DNA of 64,000 nt. It comes from Octopus sinensis. Its lineage: Eukaryota. The notes below the pieces were generated by a model. The model had not been told where the DNA came from. It ran no database searches and saw only the letters and a list, made by a program, of their open reading frames with translations. Where the stretch lies: the NCBI RefSeq assembly GCF_006345805.1, contig NC_043005.1, positions 19,220,001-19,284,000 on the forward strand, read 5' to 3'. The position numbers and the translations under genes are program-made. Shown piece by piece: positions 12,891-26,837 of this stretch; positions within the stretch are counted from its first letter, which is position 1, and each line of letters begins with the position of its first letter.

Positions 12891-14821
12891 ACATCTATAC
12901 GAATGATTATTTGTTATGTTCGTAAATATCTTAAATAACGATCCGAAAAATTTGGATTTTAAGGAAAAAGAAAATGACTAGTTAGCATGCACTTTACAAA
13001 TGCAATCATTTTTGTAGAGGAAAAGTAAAAGTATGTAAGAGTTTTCTAAAGTTCAACATGTAACATTTGATATCTTTATTCAAGCTAAATCAATACCCGT
13101 CGCTTTGCTGACGGCAAGATGGTAACATTTTAAATTTTGTCTGTTTGCCTACTTCAAATTCTGTCTTTTATATAAAATAAAATCTGTGTCAATATAAAGT
13201 CTTTGAAAGAATTTGAATGATATTAACTTTACCTCTTATTCCATTTTTAGATAAAATAGTTTTATTAAGCGCTTTTTACTGGGGTAAATTACAGAAATTT
13301 TTATTGTCTTTCTCAGAGAAGTCTTAATAAATTAGTCTTTAATATTGTGTAACTAAATACTTATATTTTAACAATATTATAATTTCTATTCTGCAAAGAT
13401 TGTGTGTCCACTGTACAATATTTTCATTAACTTGATTGAAGTACAGCTTTTCTTGGATTCCTGACCAGTACATCGTAGCACATTTCAAATATTATACATC
13501 TGTAGTCCAATAACAAAAGATAGCTACGAAATGCAGCCTGAAATGTCAATTATATCACTGTTATAAGAAAGATACTACACACATGATACTCGGCTACCCT
13601 CAAAATGTCTTCAATATCCTACCTCTCATTGCGACACAATATTGTTTTCAAAACAATATGCAATGCTATTCGACTGATAGATTTTATTTTGCTAATGATC
13701 TTCGTCATTCTTTTCTATTTACATCTCTTGTTCTCATGAATTACCATACAACATCGATCTCCATGACCAACATCTCACTACCTAACGTTTTGTAGAAGTT
13801 TTGAGCAACAAACTCTTTGCTGTAAAGGGGACTCTTTCACGGCTTGTTTTATTACTGCAGAGAGATGTCCTTCATTGTCACGGAGGTTTGTGTGTTTGAT
13901 CAACATTCTACACCACGGCTTTTAGTATTTGAGAGGCAACAATACCTGGAGGAGAGCGTTTAATTTTTAAAATTATTCTTGGTTTTTATTCAGTTGTTTC
14001 TAATAATTGGAGTTTATTGTCGCATTTTCTGGTATTGAGTATTGAAATACTTTTCCTTTTCATATCTAGTCTTTTTGTCCTCCATCTCTAATCTCTTTTG
14101 AAAAGTAGTGAATTAATATATTGCATTGTTCTAGTGATGCGATCTCTTGCATACAGACTTGCTTGACATCTGCTCTAATTGAACTGAATTCATTCTTGAC
14201 CAATCAGAGATTAGTGCTCTACTAAATCAAAAGGCGTACCTAATGACTGACAACCCAGACACTCCTATCGGCCCCCTTCATACACATACGTTGCTGCACT
14301 ACTGCCCTGCATACACAATATGGTTCACAGTGTACACATTCCTGACCTAAGAATAAGACATTTCTTCGCACGATGCTATCAACATAACGGTGTTCTCTCT
14401 ATGTACGATACTGTCGATAGAACAGAACTCTTTTTAAATATGTTGTTGTCAACAGAACAAACCATTCTACATATGGTGCAATATGAAGTGCAAATTTTTC
14501 TATTCGCTGTCGTTAAAAGAGCAGGTCTTGTTCTACATATGTTCTTACATGTAGAACAGCTATTCATAATCTTTTAGATAAGACTTTACTTGAAGACACT
14601 TTAATAGCTCATTGTATAGACACGCACACAGTAAAGATAGTCGTTTTAATTGTGAAGACACACTCATCGTCTATACAAATTCAGTTGCTTGAACACAGGC
14701 GCAGTTTATACAAGCTCTCTTGTATTGGCACATACAAACTCAGACACATACTACCAAATGCATACGTGAACGCAGCATTCACTGCTCAATTACCATAGCT
14801 TGCTCTGCTCGAATTAACATT

Positions 14822-15090
14822 CATTTTCGCTGAAATAGAAGCTTTTGTAAATTCACACATATACTTCCAAATGCACATGTAGTAGTAGAACGCAGCATTG
14901 ACTGTTCAATTGTCATGGCTTGCTTTGCCCAAATTAACATCCATTTTCGCTGAAATAGAAGCTTTTGTAAATTCACACATATACTTCCAAATGCACATGT
15001 AGTAGTAGAACGCAGCATTGACTGTTCAATTGCCATGGCTTGCTTTGCCCGAATTAACATCCATTTTCGCTGAAATAGAAGCTTTTGTAA
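14822..15090. repeat. 120-bp tandem repeat (2.2 near-identical copies plus a diverged partial copy upstream)
   Basis: cattttcgctgaaatagaagcttttgtaa recurs at 14822, 14942 and 15062. Confidence 0.95.
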
Positions 15091-16175
15091 TATCTTCAAC
15101 ATTATTCTGACACTTTGACTTATTGAAATCAAATACCAGTTGTAAGTTGGAATTATATTCCGTTTTACATTTTCCACAGAATAAAGCAATTTGCTCCAAT
15201 AAATTCTGTATTCTACCCTCTATATTGATTGTAACTATATTTTCTTTCCAGGCTCAAATAGTTGATGGTAACTTTAAGATGTCTACTTCGGAAGATGTAT
15301 TGAAATATTTTAATTTTGTCCATCTATTTGCATATTTCAATTTTTAAACAGTTTTATTCCTTTCCCCCGGCTGACATAGGTCTGTACTTCTAAGATTATT
15401 GTCTGCGATAAAAGAAATGCCTGAGCATGTAAGTCACGATGTGCTTATGGTCACCTTTCTCATATTTAGCACAATTTGTCTCTGTTAACAATATTACTGA
15501 CGTTATATCTATAATCCTAGTTCGAATTACGCTGATAATAAATTTTGTGCTTCATATTTCCGTGATCAATAACATATGAACAATATAATCAGCTATGAGC
15601 ATCTCCCACGTTTGAAGCATTATTCTGAATGCAACAGATCAAAATAATTACCAACATTGTTATCACTATTGTTGTTGTTGCTGTTGCTGTTGATGGTAGT
15701 GGTGGCGCTATCATCAGGTGACTGATAAAGATTAACTATTTTGCTTTGAATTCTCAATGTTGATGTTAGACTTAATGCCAATATTGGAATTATTAAGGCT
15801 ATTTGGATAAATATTCCCACGCGCCAATAAAATATGCATTCTCTTTATCTGCCCCCACAAAGAGAAAGGTAGCTGCTATGACTGCTATGTATTAACTTCC
15901 GTCGTCGCCATTGGAGTCGTGTTGAAAATAATTTCTCACGTAAAAGCAGAAAGAAAATAAATAGTCCAAATTCTTTTCAGATATGATGAAGATATATAAA
16001 TAATTAAAGTTTCTTCCTTCTCCTTCACATAGCGTTAAGAGAATAAACATTAAAAACTAGCATTTGAGAGAAAAAAATATTACAAATATTACAAATATTA
16101 CAAATGTGAATTTGTCTTTCCGCCGCGGCAAAAGCCTGCACAAACGGCAACAACGAAAATAACATTTGCACACTC

Positions 16176-16207
<32 letters not shown>

Positions 16208-16258
16208 ACATACATACACCCACCCACCCACACACACATACACACTCGCACGTACTCT

Positions 16259-16328
<70 letters not shown>

Positions 16329-16727
16329 TATATACATATAATATATATATATAAATGTACATACATATGTCTATGTAAGAAAGTATGCATATATATGTAT
16401 ATATACATCATGTGCATATATATATATATATATTATATATATATATATGGTGGCACGCATGCACATGTTATGCCTGCATACATGCATGCGTAGGTGGTTG
16501 GGTGGGCGTATGTATCTCTTTATTTCCAGCAATTTCGTGATCAGCTCTATCTCAAATTCATGTCTCGTTTTATTCAGAACTATGCTGTTTATAAACTAAT
16601 AATATAGTTCGTTTATTTTTGTAGCTTAAATATTTCTTCGCGACAGGCTATTGCATGTTTGATTACAAAAATTAAGGACTGGGAAATAATTAAATTGATG
16701 TAGAGAAGATAAATAGACTGATAGATA

Positions 16728-16767
<40 letters not shown>

Positions 16768-17003
16768 GAAAATTATAAGCGAAATATATTTTTAGTGTTG
16801 GTAGCATCATTTGCAATTAATTCGAAAATGCCACGGTTCAAATTATTGCTAGCATTTCTTTTTTGTTCTCGGGGGAGAAGATGAGAGAAGTCACTTATGC
16901 AGCTTCTTGGCCTCTGAGAAATAGCAGCCAAATACCTTCAAATCATATATTGCATTGTTTTTAATAAGGACAGAACGACCAGAGTAGTCGGATATATATA
17001 TAT

Positions 17004-17054
<51 letters not shown>

Positions 17055-17082
17055 TATATATATATAAATATATATAAATATA

Positions 17083-17415
17083 TATAAAATATTATTAGAG
17101 ACAAAACCACTATTTTGCAAAACAAACAAGGAAAGACTTAATCAATACATAAAACTTTAATAAATAGTCAAAAAAACCGCCACTACAATCGTTTCTTGTC
17201 TTGATCGACAATCTTCAGGTGGACTTCCAATAAGTCAGTTTCAAATTCATAATTTGAAACTGACTTATTGGAAGTCCACCTGAAGATTGTCGATCAAGAC
17301 AAGAAACGATTGTAGTGGCGGTTTTTTTGACTATTTATTAAAGTTTTATGTATTGATTAAGTCTTTCCTTGTTTGTTTTGCAAAATAGTGGTTTTGTCTC
17401 TAATAATATTTTATA
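17083..17415. repeat. Perfect palindrome, 165-bp arms with a 3-nt spacer (CAT)
   Basis: 17083-17247 is the exact reverse complement of 17251-17415, checked base by base. Confidence 0.95.
17276..17318 (+). ncRNA. Minimal type I hammerhead ribozyme motif (mirror copy on the minus strand at 17180-17222)
   Basis: CCAC-CTGAAGA-TTGTC gatcaa GACAA-GAAAC gatt GT-A-GTGG: complete core, stems I (4 bp), II (5 bp) and III (2 bp); predicted cleavage after 17314. Confidence 0.75.
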
Positions 17416-17498
17416 ATATTTTACTATAAAATTGGATTTAATCCTAAATCTGATTTTTTTCCCTGTAATTTTGGATTTATTCCCTAATATTTATTATT

Positions 17499-17602
<104 letters not shown>

Positions 17603-17639
17603 AATGTTTGTGTGTAAAACGAAACAAAAGAAAAAGAAG

Positions 17640-18075
17640 AACCACTGATCAACTGTCTACTCAATCAGGACCGACCTAGAGCTAAACATCAAGAGATGAA
17701 GCATCAATTGAAGTCCATTCAATGGAGAAGCCTCTCGATGGTCACCTGATGTGCCAGAAAATGTAGCGAAAACTTCATAGAATACCAATGGACACTCTAA
17801 AAACCCAAAGTTCAAATTATTAATGTTATTATGGAAACAGAATATTTGAAAAAGAAAGGATAGAATGAACACAAGTCGATTACATCTGATAATTGAACTT
17901 TTGAATAAGGGATGACAAGAGCTAAAGTTTTATCATCATAATTACTGCTACATTTGCTCTGGAGAACGTGATCATTATCCTGTAGCATTAGCTTCAGTAT
18001 CCACATGAGTCAACCAGGGAGTTCTACGTGGTCCCTTGACTTTCTAGAAGTAGCAACCAAATTCGCCCAAAATTA
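17640..18075 (-). mobile_element. Degenerate copies of short interspersed repeat family E (gatttggctgctatttctag motif)
   Basis: Reverse-complement similarity to units at 52745-53420. Confidence 0.5.
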
Positions 18076-18109
18076 GATTTTAGTGTCTTGATAAATTAAA
18101 AATGAACAT

Positions 18110-18496
18110 TGGCTGTGTGGTAAGTAGCTTGCTTACAAGCAATCACATGGTTCCGGATTCAGTACCACTGCTGCCACCTTAGGCAACCTCGGGCCGACAA
18201 TTGTCTTGTGAGTGGATATGTTAGACGGGAACTGAAAAAAGCCCGTAGTATATTTATATATATACGAATGTGTGTGAGTGCGTCTGTGCCTGTGTTTGTG
18301 TGTCTGTGTTTGTCCCCCCACAAAAATCGCTTAACAACCGATGTTGGTGTTTTTACGTCTCCGTAACTTAGTGATTCGGCAAAAGATACCGATAGAATAA
18401 GTACTAGGCTTACAAAGAATAAGTCCTGGGATCGATTTGCTCGACTAAAGGCGGCACTCCAGCATGGCCTCAGTCAAATGACTGAAACAAGTAAAA
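18110..18496 (+). mobile_element. SINE family A copy
   Basis: Same head, core and tail as 10725-11117. Confidence 0.88.
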
Positions 18497-18737
18497 CAGA
18501 ACGTATTGGTAATATTCAATTGTAATGAAAGATGGGATGGTCAAAGTTGGAACATTTTAATAAGTCTCGGCTGATCTAGATCTGAATGACAACAACATTT
18601 CCAGATCTATATTACATAGAGACGGACACGATCCTCAAAGCGGACTTTTAGTATATTGAGTACACTAAGATGAAGTCTTCGGTGGAGAAAAACCTTTGAA
18701 TGAGTCATGATACACAACCTCATTGCAAAGTTGAATT

Positions 18738-18940
18738 AAGGGCAGCAAGCTATTAGAAACGTTAGCCACATTTCTTCCGGCTTATTATGTGTTGCACTCA
18801 AATTCTGCCAAGGTTGATTTTGACGTTCATCTATTTAGGGGTTGACAAAATAAAGTACCAGTCAAGTACTGAGGTTGACGATATCGACCAACCTCTTCCC
18901 CTAAAATCTGTTGGTGTTCTTCCTTAAGCAAAAACCATTA
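18738..18940 (+). mobile_element. Diverged SINE family C copy
   Basis: aagggcagcaagcta...caaattctgccaaggttgattttg...aaaataaagtaccagt...aaaaccatta. Confidence 0.65.
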
Positions 18941-19462
18941 GTCCAATCGAATCGACTAAACAATGCTGTCTCATCGCCAAGTCTGCTTAATCCTTGTAGC
19001 TGCCACCCGCCTGGTTTAAAGCAAGTACCACGCAGAGATGTATTTAAGGTGTAAAAGCGTTCCAATCGTGATCACGCATCCTTTTTTTTAATTATTTCAG
19101 TAATTTGAGTCTTCAACAATAATATATTTATATTTTATTTTTGTTTATTTGTTTAAAAGTAATTTGATTTAGACTTTGAAATTCGTATGCCATCAAATAT
19201 GTTTGTTTTAATCGAATCTATCATTACACCTGCATTCAATAAAATAGTTCGGTTTTTGTTTTCGTTATCTGAACATCCTCAACAACTTCCTGTATCATTA
19301 CTCAGATTTCCTTCCGAGATCGGTGAGGTGAAAATCTGCGTTACGGAAATTGGTATTTCAATTTTAATTATACATACATACACGCTCGTGCGTGCATGCG
19401 CGCGCGCACACACACACACACACACATACGTATCTTATATATTATATCTTATATCTTATAGT

Positions 19463-19845
19463 GGAAGCGAAATGGCCCAGTGGTTAGGGCAGCGGACTCG
19501 CGGTCGTAGGATCGCGGTTTCGATTCCCAGACCGGGCGTTGTGAGTGTTTATTGAGCGAAAACACCTAAAAGCTACACGAGGCTCCGGCAGGGGATGGCG
19601 GTGATCCCTGCTGTACTCTTTCACCACAACTTTCTCTCACTCTTACTTCCTGTTTCTGTTGTACCTGTATTTCAAGGGGCCGGCCTTGTCACTCTCTGTG
19701 TCACGCTGAATATCCCCGAGAACTATGTTAAGGGTGCATGTGTCTGTGGAGTGCTCAGCCACTTACACGTTAATTTCACGAGCAGGCTGTTCCGTTGATT
19801 CGGATCAACCGGAACCCTCATCGACGTAACCGACGAAGTACTTCC
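19463..19845 (+). mobile_element. SINE family B, full length, tRNA-derived head
   Basis: A box tggcccagtgg and B box ggtttcgattccc; body matches the reverse complement of 50421-50782. Confidence 0.9.
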
Positions 19846-19889
19846 ATTCCATTCCATATTTTATACGTTATATTTTTGTTTTAGTCATC

Positions 19890-20032
19890 AGACTAAAAGT
19901 CCAGTGCATATTCTATCAAAACCTTTTGCCAAATCGCTTTTACGGGTACGTAAACACACCAGCACCAATTGTCCAGCGGTGATGGTGGACACAAACAAAA
20001 TGACGTTCTCTCTCTCTCTCTCTCTCTTTCTT

Positions 20033-20064
<32 letters not shown>

Positions 20065-20246
20065 GCTCTTACACACACACACTCAAACACATACGACGGG
20101 ATTCTTTCAGTTTTCGTCTATCAAATACACTCACATGGTTTTAGACAGCCTCAGTCCAAAGAAGAAGAAAGGTGCTACGCAGTGGGATTGAACCCGGAAC
20201 TAGGTGGTTGGGAACCAAGCTTCTTATCACACAGTTACACCTGCTC
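19890..20246 (-). mobile_element. Diverged SINE family A copy
   Basis: Reverse complement of the family A head (ggagcaggtgtaactgtgtgataag...ccgggttcaatccc) and body. Confidence 0.75.
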
Positions 20247-20462
20247 CAAAACATATACATGCATATAACACATACACACACACACTCATTGTTATACAGA
20301 TACACGTAAATAAGTTGGTTATAAAATGCGGATAGATCTTCTGAAAATTTAAAACGAGAGGACAAAACCATGATGGTCCGCTGGAGGACATTTATCCTCA
20401 ACCATTTAATGAACAACTTCCAAATATTATCATCACACTGTAAAATTAACGGCGGAACTCTA

Positions 20463-20568
<106 letters not shown>

Positions 20569-20596
20569 TAGATATATACATTATATATACACATAT

Positions 20597-20631
<35 letters not shown>

Positions 20632-20666
20632 ATATACACCATACATATATATGCAATATATATATA

Positions 20667-22190
20667 CTAGCAGATATACCGGCGTTGCCCGGTTTAAAGA
20701 GAATAATGAAATTTGAAAACGCCGTCTAAGTTACGCAGGTCTCAACTGCTAGTAGCTGAGATACCAACTTTCTACATTAATAACTCTTCAACCCATGCCA
20801 GCATGGAACGTAGACGTTAAGTGAATTGTTATAAGAAAGTTTTAAACTCAGATGTATTATAAAGTAAATACATATAATTCAAAAACACGTTTTGTGTAGC
20901 TTATTTCGGAAGCAAAAAAACAAAAAATAGGGACAGATTATAAACAATTATGGCGATTCATTTAACAGATAATAAACCTGAACTTGGATCTTGAAAGTTT
21001 ACATAAATCCTGCCTCAGTTAAATTTCTTGTGTTTCCAAATGATTTTATCTGTAGTGCAGCGTTCTATTGTCTAATTTAATTTTGGAAGTGCTCGGAATC
21101 TCAGTCAGTTGATGACAAGTATCTCCAATGGCTCTGGAGGTTGGGGAATTGCAGGGAGTTTAGCCTTTCCACCACTGCAGCACAGTGCAGGTGTCTCTCA
21201 AGGCCACTTCCTTGGTCTACAATGTATGAACTCAGTTGTCATTGCACCAATGGAAACTCAAATGTCATCTGCATAATGAACTGCTGGATCATAATTGAAA
21301 GCTGCTTCATAGAAGGTGCTTCTCTGAACTGTTGCAACTACTCTTCGTTCTGCATCAGAGATCCTATTCCTTGTCAGCCGCGCATACCTCTGTTCATCAC
21401 TTTGAGATGCTCTGGCTTTTGCAGTGCACAGTCTGTTCGTTTCTTGGTATACTTCCCTTTCTGCAGCTGTCTCTCTTTCCCTGGACAGAGACATTCTTTT
21501 GGCTGACCTTTACGTTGTAGACACATTTGACATTTTCCTTCTAGCCATGGTTAAATACGTATACAGTAATACATAGGTGCAGTAGATATTAAACAATGAA
21601 AATAACTGGGTAACGGAAATTATATTTCTTAATACGACAGGCAGAAAGGAAATAACAAATTTTTACGGAAAAAAAGAACTGTACGTGTTCAAGCGAAATT
21701 TGACAACAAAAGGGGCAGTATCGAAGGAACCAGTAAAAAGCCGTTAACAATAGAAAAAACAAAACCGTTGCCAAATCAAATAAGAAATTTTTAGAGAAAT
21801 TAAATAAGTGTACGGATTTAAGTGAAATTTTTGATGTTACTTCTGTCAGTAAATTATGAACTTACTTTTATCAGTAATTTCGTCAACAACAAAATAACAT
21901 AAACGTTGCACAAGTAAAAAGAAATTTGTAGGCAAATTTAATGATGTGTACGGATCGGAGTTAAATTTATGACGTTACTTCTGTCAGTAAATTATGTATG
22001 AAATTACTTTCATCAGTAATTGTGAACTTCTTTCTGTCAGTAATTTGTCGTTGCTGTTTGTAAATAGCGATTGAAAACTTACAGTGAAAACAGTTGCGAC
22101 TGAACTTAAAGTGAAAACAATAGCGTCTGAAAAATGAAAGTGAAAACAATATAGAGTAAATGAGGTATAGAGAAAGGAATAGAGAGAGAG
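20667..22190 (-). mobile_element. Helitron relic: 3' hairpin + CTAG terminus and a decayed Rep/Hel N-terminal region; 5' boundary uncertain
   Basis: Minus strand accgggcaacgccggt hairpin (20693-20678) lies 7 nt before CTAG|T at 20667. Minus translation from ~21494 through in-frame stops reads FYEAAFNYDPAVHY...IGAM...HC...ETPALCCSGGKAKLPAIPQPPEPL, the typical Helitron CC..GKV.LP motif. Internal tandem subrepeats at 21800-22150. Confidence 0.8.
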
Positions 22191-22794
22191 GGAACTAGTT
22201 AATTAGACAAATAAGATAGATATAAATAGATAGATAAGATAAGATATAGACAGGTAGATACAGAAAGATAGATATATAGAGATGAATGGAGAGATATGGA
22301 GAGATAGAGATACAATTGAAAAGCGAAAACACACACATCTCTATCTTATATATTAAATTGTGACGATTTTTTGAACAATTGATGTACAGGAGGCAATACA
22401 TTTCTGAAAGTTACTTTGCAAAGTGTTACCTATCTTCTACACGTAACCTCAGAACAGGTATTTTTTACCCCAGGGATCCCGTTACCTATTATGTGAAATG
22501 TTTTAAGAGTCTAAAACCATCTCTGGAACACAAGTAATGTATGCTTACAGTTTGGAGAAAATTAGTTGAAAAATGCGGCCATTATAATCTTTTACACACA
22601 CACAGAACGGGATTTATATTATATATATATATGCACATGTATATATATACATACATATATATATACATACCTACATATACATACATATACATACATACAT
22701 ACATACATACAAGCATACATACATACATATATACATACAAATATATACATACATATATATATAAAGACTATATATACATACATACATACACCAC

Positions 22795-22873
<79 letters not shown>

Positions 22874-23021
22874 GAATTAGAGATAAAACCACTACCATGC
22901 AACTCAAACAGTGATAGACATTGTTTTATCTCTAATTCATATTTTATATATTTATACTGTGAAATTTGATTTAATACTAAATTGAATTTTACCCTGTAAG
23001 TTTGGAGTTATACTCCCTAAT

Positions 23022-23059
<38 letters not shown>

Positions 23060-23067
<8 letters not shown>

Positions 23068-23330
23068 TAAAACGGTAAAATAGCAAAAGAAAGAAAGGGA
23101 CCTCAATATTATGTAAATAATACACACATAATACATATAAATACACACATACATGGCGCTTTTCTTCCTTCATCTTCCCTTCTATTGGACTTCCTCCTTT
23201 TTCTGAGGAAGAGCGTCTGCTCAAAATGTTAAACCATCTTTTTTCCTTCCCTGAGCTAATAGTTTACATGTATCACGTCCTCACGTTGTTGGTTTTGCGT
23301 TTGTTCCTTTTGGGATTTACTATATACTAC
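23060..23330 (+). mobile_element. Short non-coding element with a CpG-decayed hammerhead motif (23199-23233)
   Basis: tttt-CTGAGGA-a-GAGC gtct GCTC-aaaatgtt-aaa; restoring two CpG transitions gives GAAACGTT. Related to 43757-43955. Confidence 0.5.
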
Positions 23331-23384
23331 ATACATACATACATACATACATATACACACACACACATACACACACATACACAT

Positions 23385-23434
<50 letters not shown>

Positions 23435-24106
23435 TTATTTCTCAGCGGATGACAAGCCATGCTGAGTTGTTTACATTCTCATAACATAGAAGTTATAGCG
23501 GGACTTAAATAAGAATAAGCGTTGTTTTGAGCGACAAAGCTTTCCAAGGCGGTGCCACACCTTGGTCGCAGTTAAATGAACGAAACAGGTAAATATAAAA
23601 GAATACGCGTGCTCACGTATCTATGTATATGCACACGGAAGCATATAAATACACGTGTGCATTTATATGCTTGTGTATGTATATGGAAATAAAATGTGCG
23701 AATGATATTCACTTAGACTACACGGTCGATATCATTAAGGATGTCAACAATATCACAATGTCCCAATGCTAGCAAGAACTTGAATGAATCCACTTTGCCT
23801 TTCCTCCTTGCTGTTCATTCATATCAAGACATCAATCGCTTCAAACGCAACTCGAATTCTTGGATATACACACTGTATGTTTAAATTTGAGATATAGTAG
23901 AAAGGATATACTTACTAGAAGTAATATTTACACATGTGCACCACACCACACAGACGCACACACACATATATATATATATACATAAACGCATTTACACGTA
24001 TGTACAAAAGCGTTCACATGAACGTTTGCCTGTAGACATATTCACATTCACAAACAGTTATGCGTATACATCACACATGCGCACGCAGAGTCACACACAC
24101 ACGCAC

Positions 24107-24161
<55 letters not shown>

Positions 24162-24168
24162 ATGTATG

Positions 24169-24199
<31 letters not shown>

Positions 24200-25406
24200 T
24201 GTGTGTGTGTGTGCATATATACATGTTTAACACATTTGCACGTGCATATACACATTTACACACACATACTTGCATACACATATACACACATATATATACA
24301 CACATACATGCACACACATACATACACACGTACATATACACACACATATACATGCATACATACACACACATAATACATATACATACATACATGCATACAT
24401 AGAGAGAGAGAGAGTGTGTGTGTCGAACAGACGGCTATGTGTCCGGTCTCTCACTTTAATGTCGGGTTTTTGAGAATACGTAGCCAAACGTAAACGTACA
24501 CTGAACGAAGAGTAAAACTGAAACCACCGGCACTACTTATTGTTCGTTATCTTATAATATTCATTCTATTCGTATTACAAACAAATATGTGTGTTATGAT
24601 AGTGTTATGTTTATCTTCTTCGAATGATCACTTAAATGGCGTAATGACTTTTAATCGTTATGGCGTCTGTGCTTGTCTGTAAAGTTGCAAGCGGCGTTCA
24701 CTTCCGCTCTCTTGTTTGCTGTGGTTTAAGGATTCTAAATTTCTGACTTTCAACGATTTAGTTATTTATTTTGAACACATGCATAAAGACATATGGTCGT
24801 CTTTTAAACTCTGCATGCATCACTTTAAAGCTGTGTCAAGATATTCATGTACACAAACGTATAGATTTGTGCATTAATGTGTGTTTGAATCGGTTTCTTA
24901 TAAAACAGAATGAGTACAAAAATATATCAAACAAATACTATCTGCAGATGGTAACAAGTTTCAGTCTCTCACTGCATCTACTATAGAAGAATACATTTCT
25001 CAAGTCACCCCGTCTGCCTAGTTGAGCCATGTGAAGACAACAACACACTTGTTAAATATAAAATGCTGCCGCATATTTACAGCAGAATACTGACTTCGGT
25101 AGACCAACCATCTGTGAATCTCAGTAGTTCGTGTCCAAATAGCGACAACTTAAACAAAAACAGCAATGTATAAGTGAATCCTCCTTTAGAGCAACAAAAG
25201 CTCAAACGTGCGCGCACATATATGCGATGGGGTTTCCACATAAACTCCATCAAAAATATTTACTTACAACGCATTGGTTCGCTCGAGACTATATTAAAAG
25301 ACACTTGCCCAGAGTGCCATGCGGTAGCTGCGAAACGAAGTTCTTAATCACACGGCTACATATCTTTGTATACATCGTTTACTTTTCCGTTGAGTTAAGA
25401 TCAATA

Positions 25407-25576
25407 GGCGCAGGAGTGGCTGTGTAGCAAGTACTTGCTTACCAACCACATGGTTCCGGGTTCAGTCCTACTGCGTGGCATCTTGGGCAAGTGTCTTCTA
25501 CTATAGTCTCGGGCCGACCAAAGCCTTGTGAGTGGATTTGGTAGACGGAAACTTAAAGAAGCATGTCGTATATATG

Positions 25577-25637
<61 letters not shown>

Positions 25638-25860
25638 GTGTGTGTGTGTGTGTGTGCGTGTATGTTTGTGTGTCTGTGTTTGTCCCCCTAGCATTGTATG
25701 TATGTTTACGTCCCCGTCACTTAGCGGTTCGGCAAAAGAGACCGATAGAATAAGTACTGGGCTTACAAAGAATAAGTTCCGGGGTCGAGTTGCTCTACTA
25801 AAGGCGGTGCTCCAGCATGGCCGCAGTCAAATGACTGAATCAAGTAAAAGAGTAAAAGAG
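25407..25860 (+). mobile_element. SINE family A, full length
   Basis: Starts ggcgcaggagtggctgtg, ends gtaaaagagtaaaagag; expanded internal TA/TG tract. Confidence 0.9.
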
Positions 25861-26514
25861 TATACATATATACATATGCGTGCGTGTATGTATGTATGTG
25901 TGTATGTATGTATGCATGTATGTATGTATGTGTGTGTGTATGTGTGTGTGTGTGTGTGCTTGCGCAGGCATAGCTATGAAGAAAATTTAGCTTCGCATGC
26001 ATATCGCTTCCGGTTCAGTCCTACTGCGTTACAACTTGGGCACGTGAATTGCAAATTAGCATTGAAAAAATTGTGTCGTGAGTGAACTTGGTGGAAGTTA
26101 ACCAAGTGGAAGCCAGACGTATTTACGGGAGGATCAATTAGTTGTGATTTGATTCAACATAATCAGATTCACGCACTTATTACAGCGATCCTTCGGGTTT
26201 TGTAAACCCTGTAAAAAAAACTCAGAAGGTTGGGCCTCCAAACAGGCCTTTCGCGAAACCCTTAAAGCCAAGAATTTTTATGCACCTCCTCATATGTGTG
26301 CATATGTGTGCGCGTATCGTTATGTTTCGTCTTCCACTGCTTATCATTTAGTTTTGGAGTGTTTATGTTCCTGTTTGGCAAAGGTCCGATAAAATAAGTA
26401 TCTAACTGAAAAGAATAAAAAAATACTGGGAACGATTTGATCATCTACATCCTTTAAGGTGGTACTCCAGCATGGCCGGTGGAGAAGGACCGAAAAAAGA
26501 ATAATAATATATAT

Positions 26515-26727
26515 ATGCTTCAAATTTTGGCACGAGGCCTGCAATTTCGAGGGAGTGGTAAGTCGTTTACACCGACCTCAGTACGTAACTGGAACTCATT
26601 TTATTGATTTCAAAAGGACGAAAGGCAAAATCTACTTCGGCAGAATGTGAACTCAGAATGTAAGTACGGACGAAATGTTGCCAAGCAATTTTTCCGGCGC
26701 GTTTATGACTTTTCCAGATCGTCGCCT
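26515..26727 (-). mobile_element. SINE family C copy
   Basis: caaattttggcacgaggcc...gaaaggcaaaatctacttcggcag...gaactcagaatg...tcgcctt. Confidence 0.75.
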
Positions 26728-26770
26728 TTGTGTGTGAATGTGTTTGTGTGTATGTATTTGTGTGTGTATT

Positions 26771-26801
<31 letters not shown>

Positions 26802-26837
26802 TGTGTGTGTGTGTGTATTTGTGTGTGTGTATATATA

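Noticed and set aside
14822-15090. CRISPR-like array
   Set aside because: The units are contiguous and near-identical over their whole length, with no unique spacers; eukaryotic context.
19463-19535. Functional tRNA gene (also 33670-33740 and other heads)
   Set aside because: Acceptor stems are incomplete and each head continues into a shared SINE body, so they are SINE promoters.
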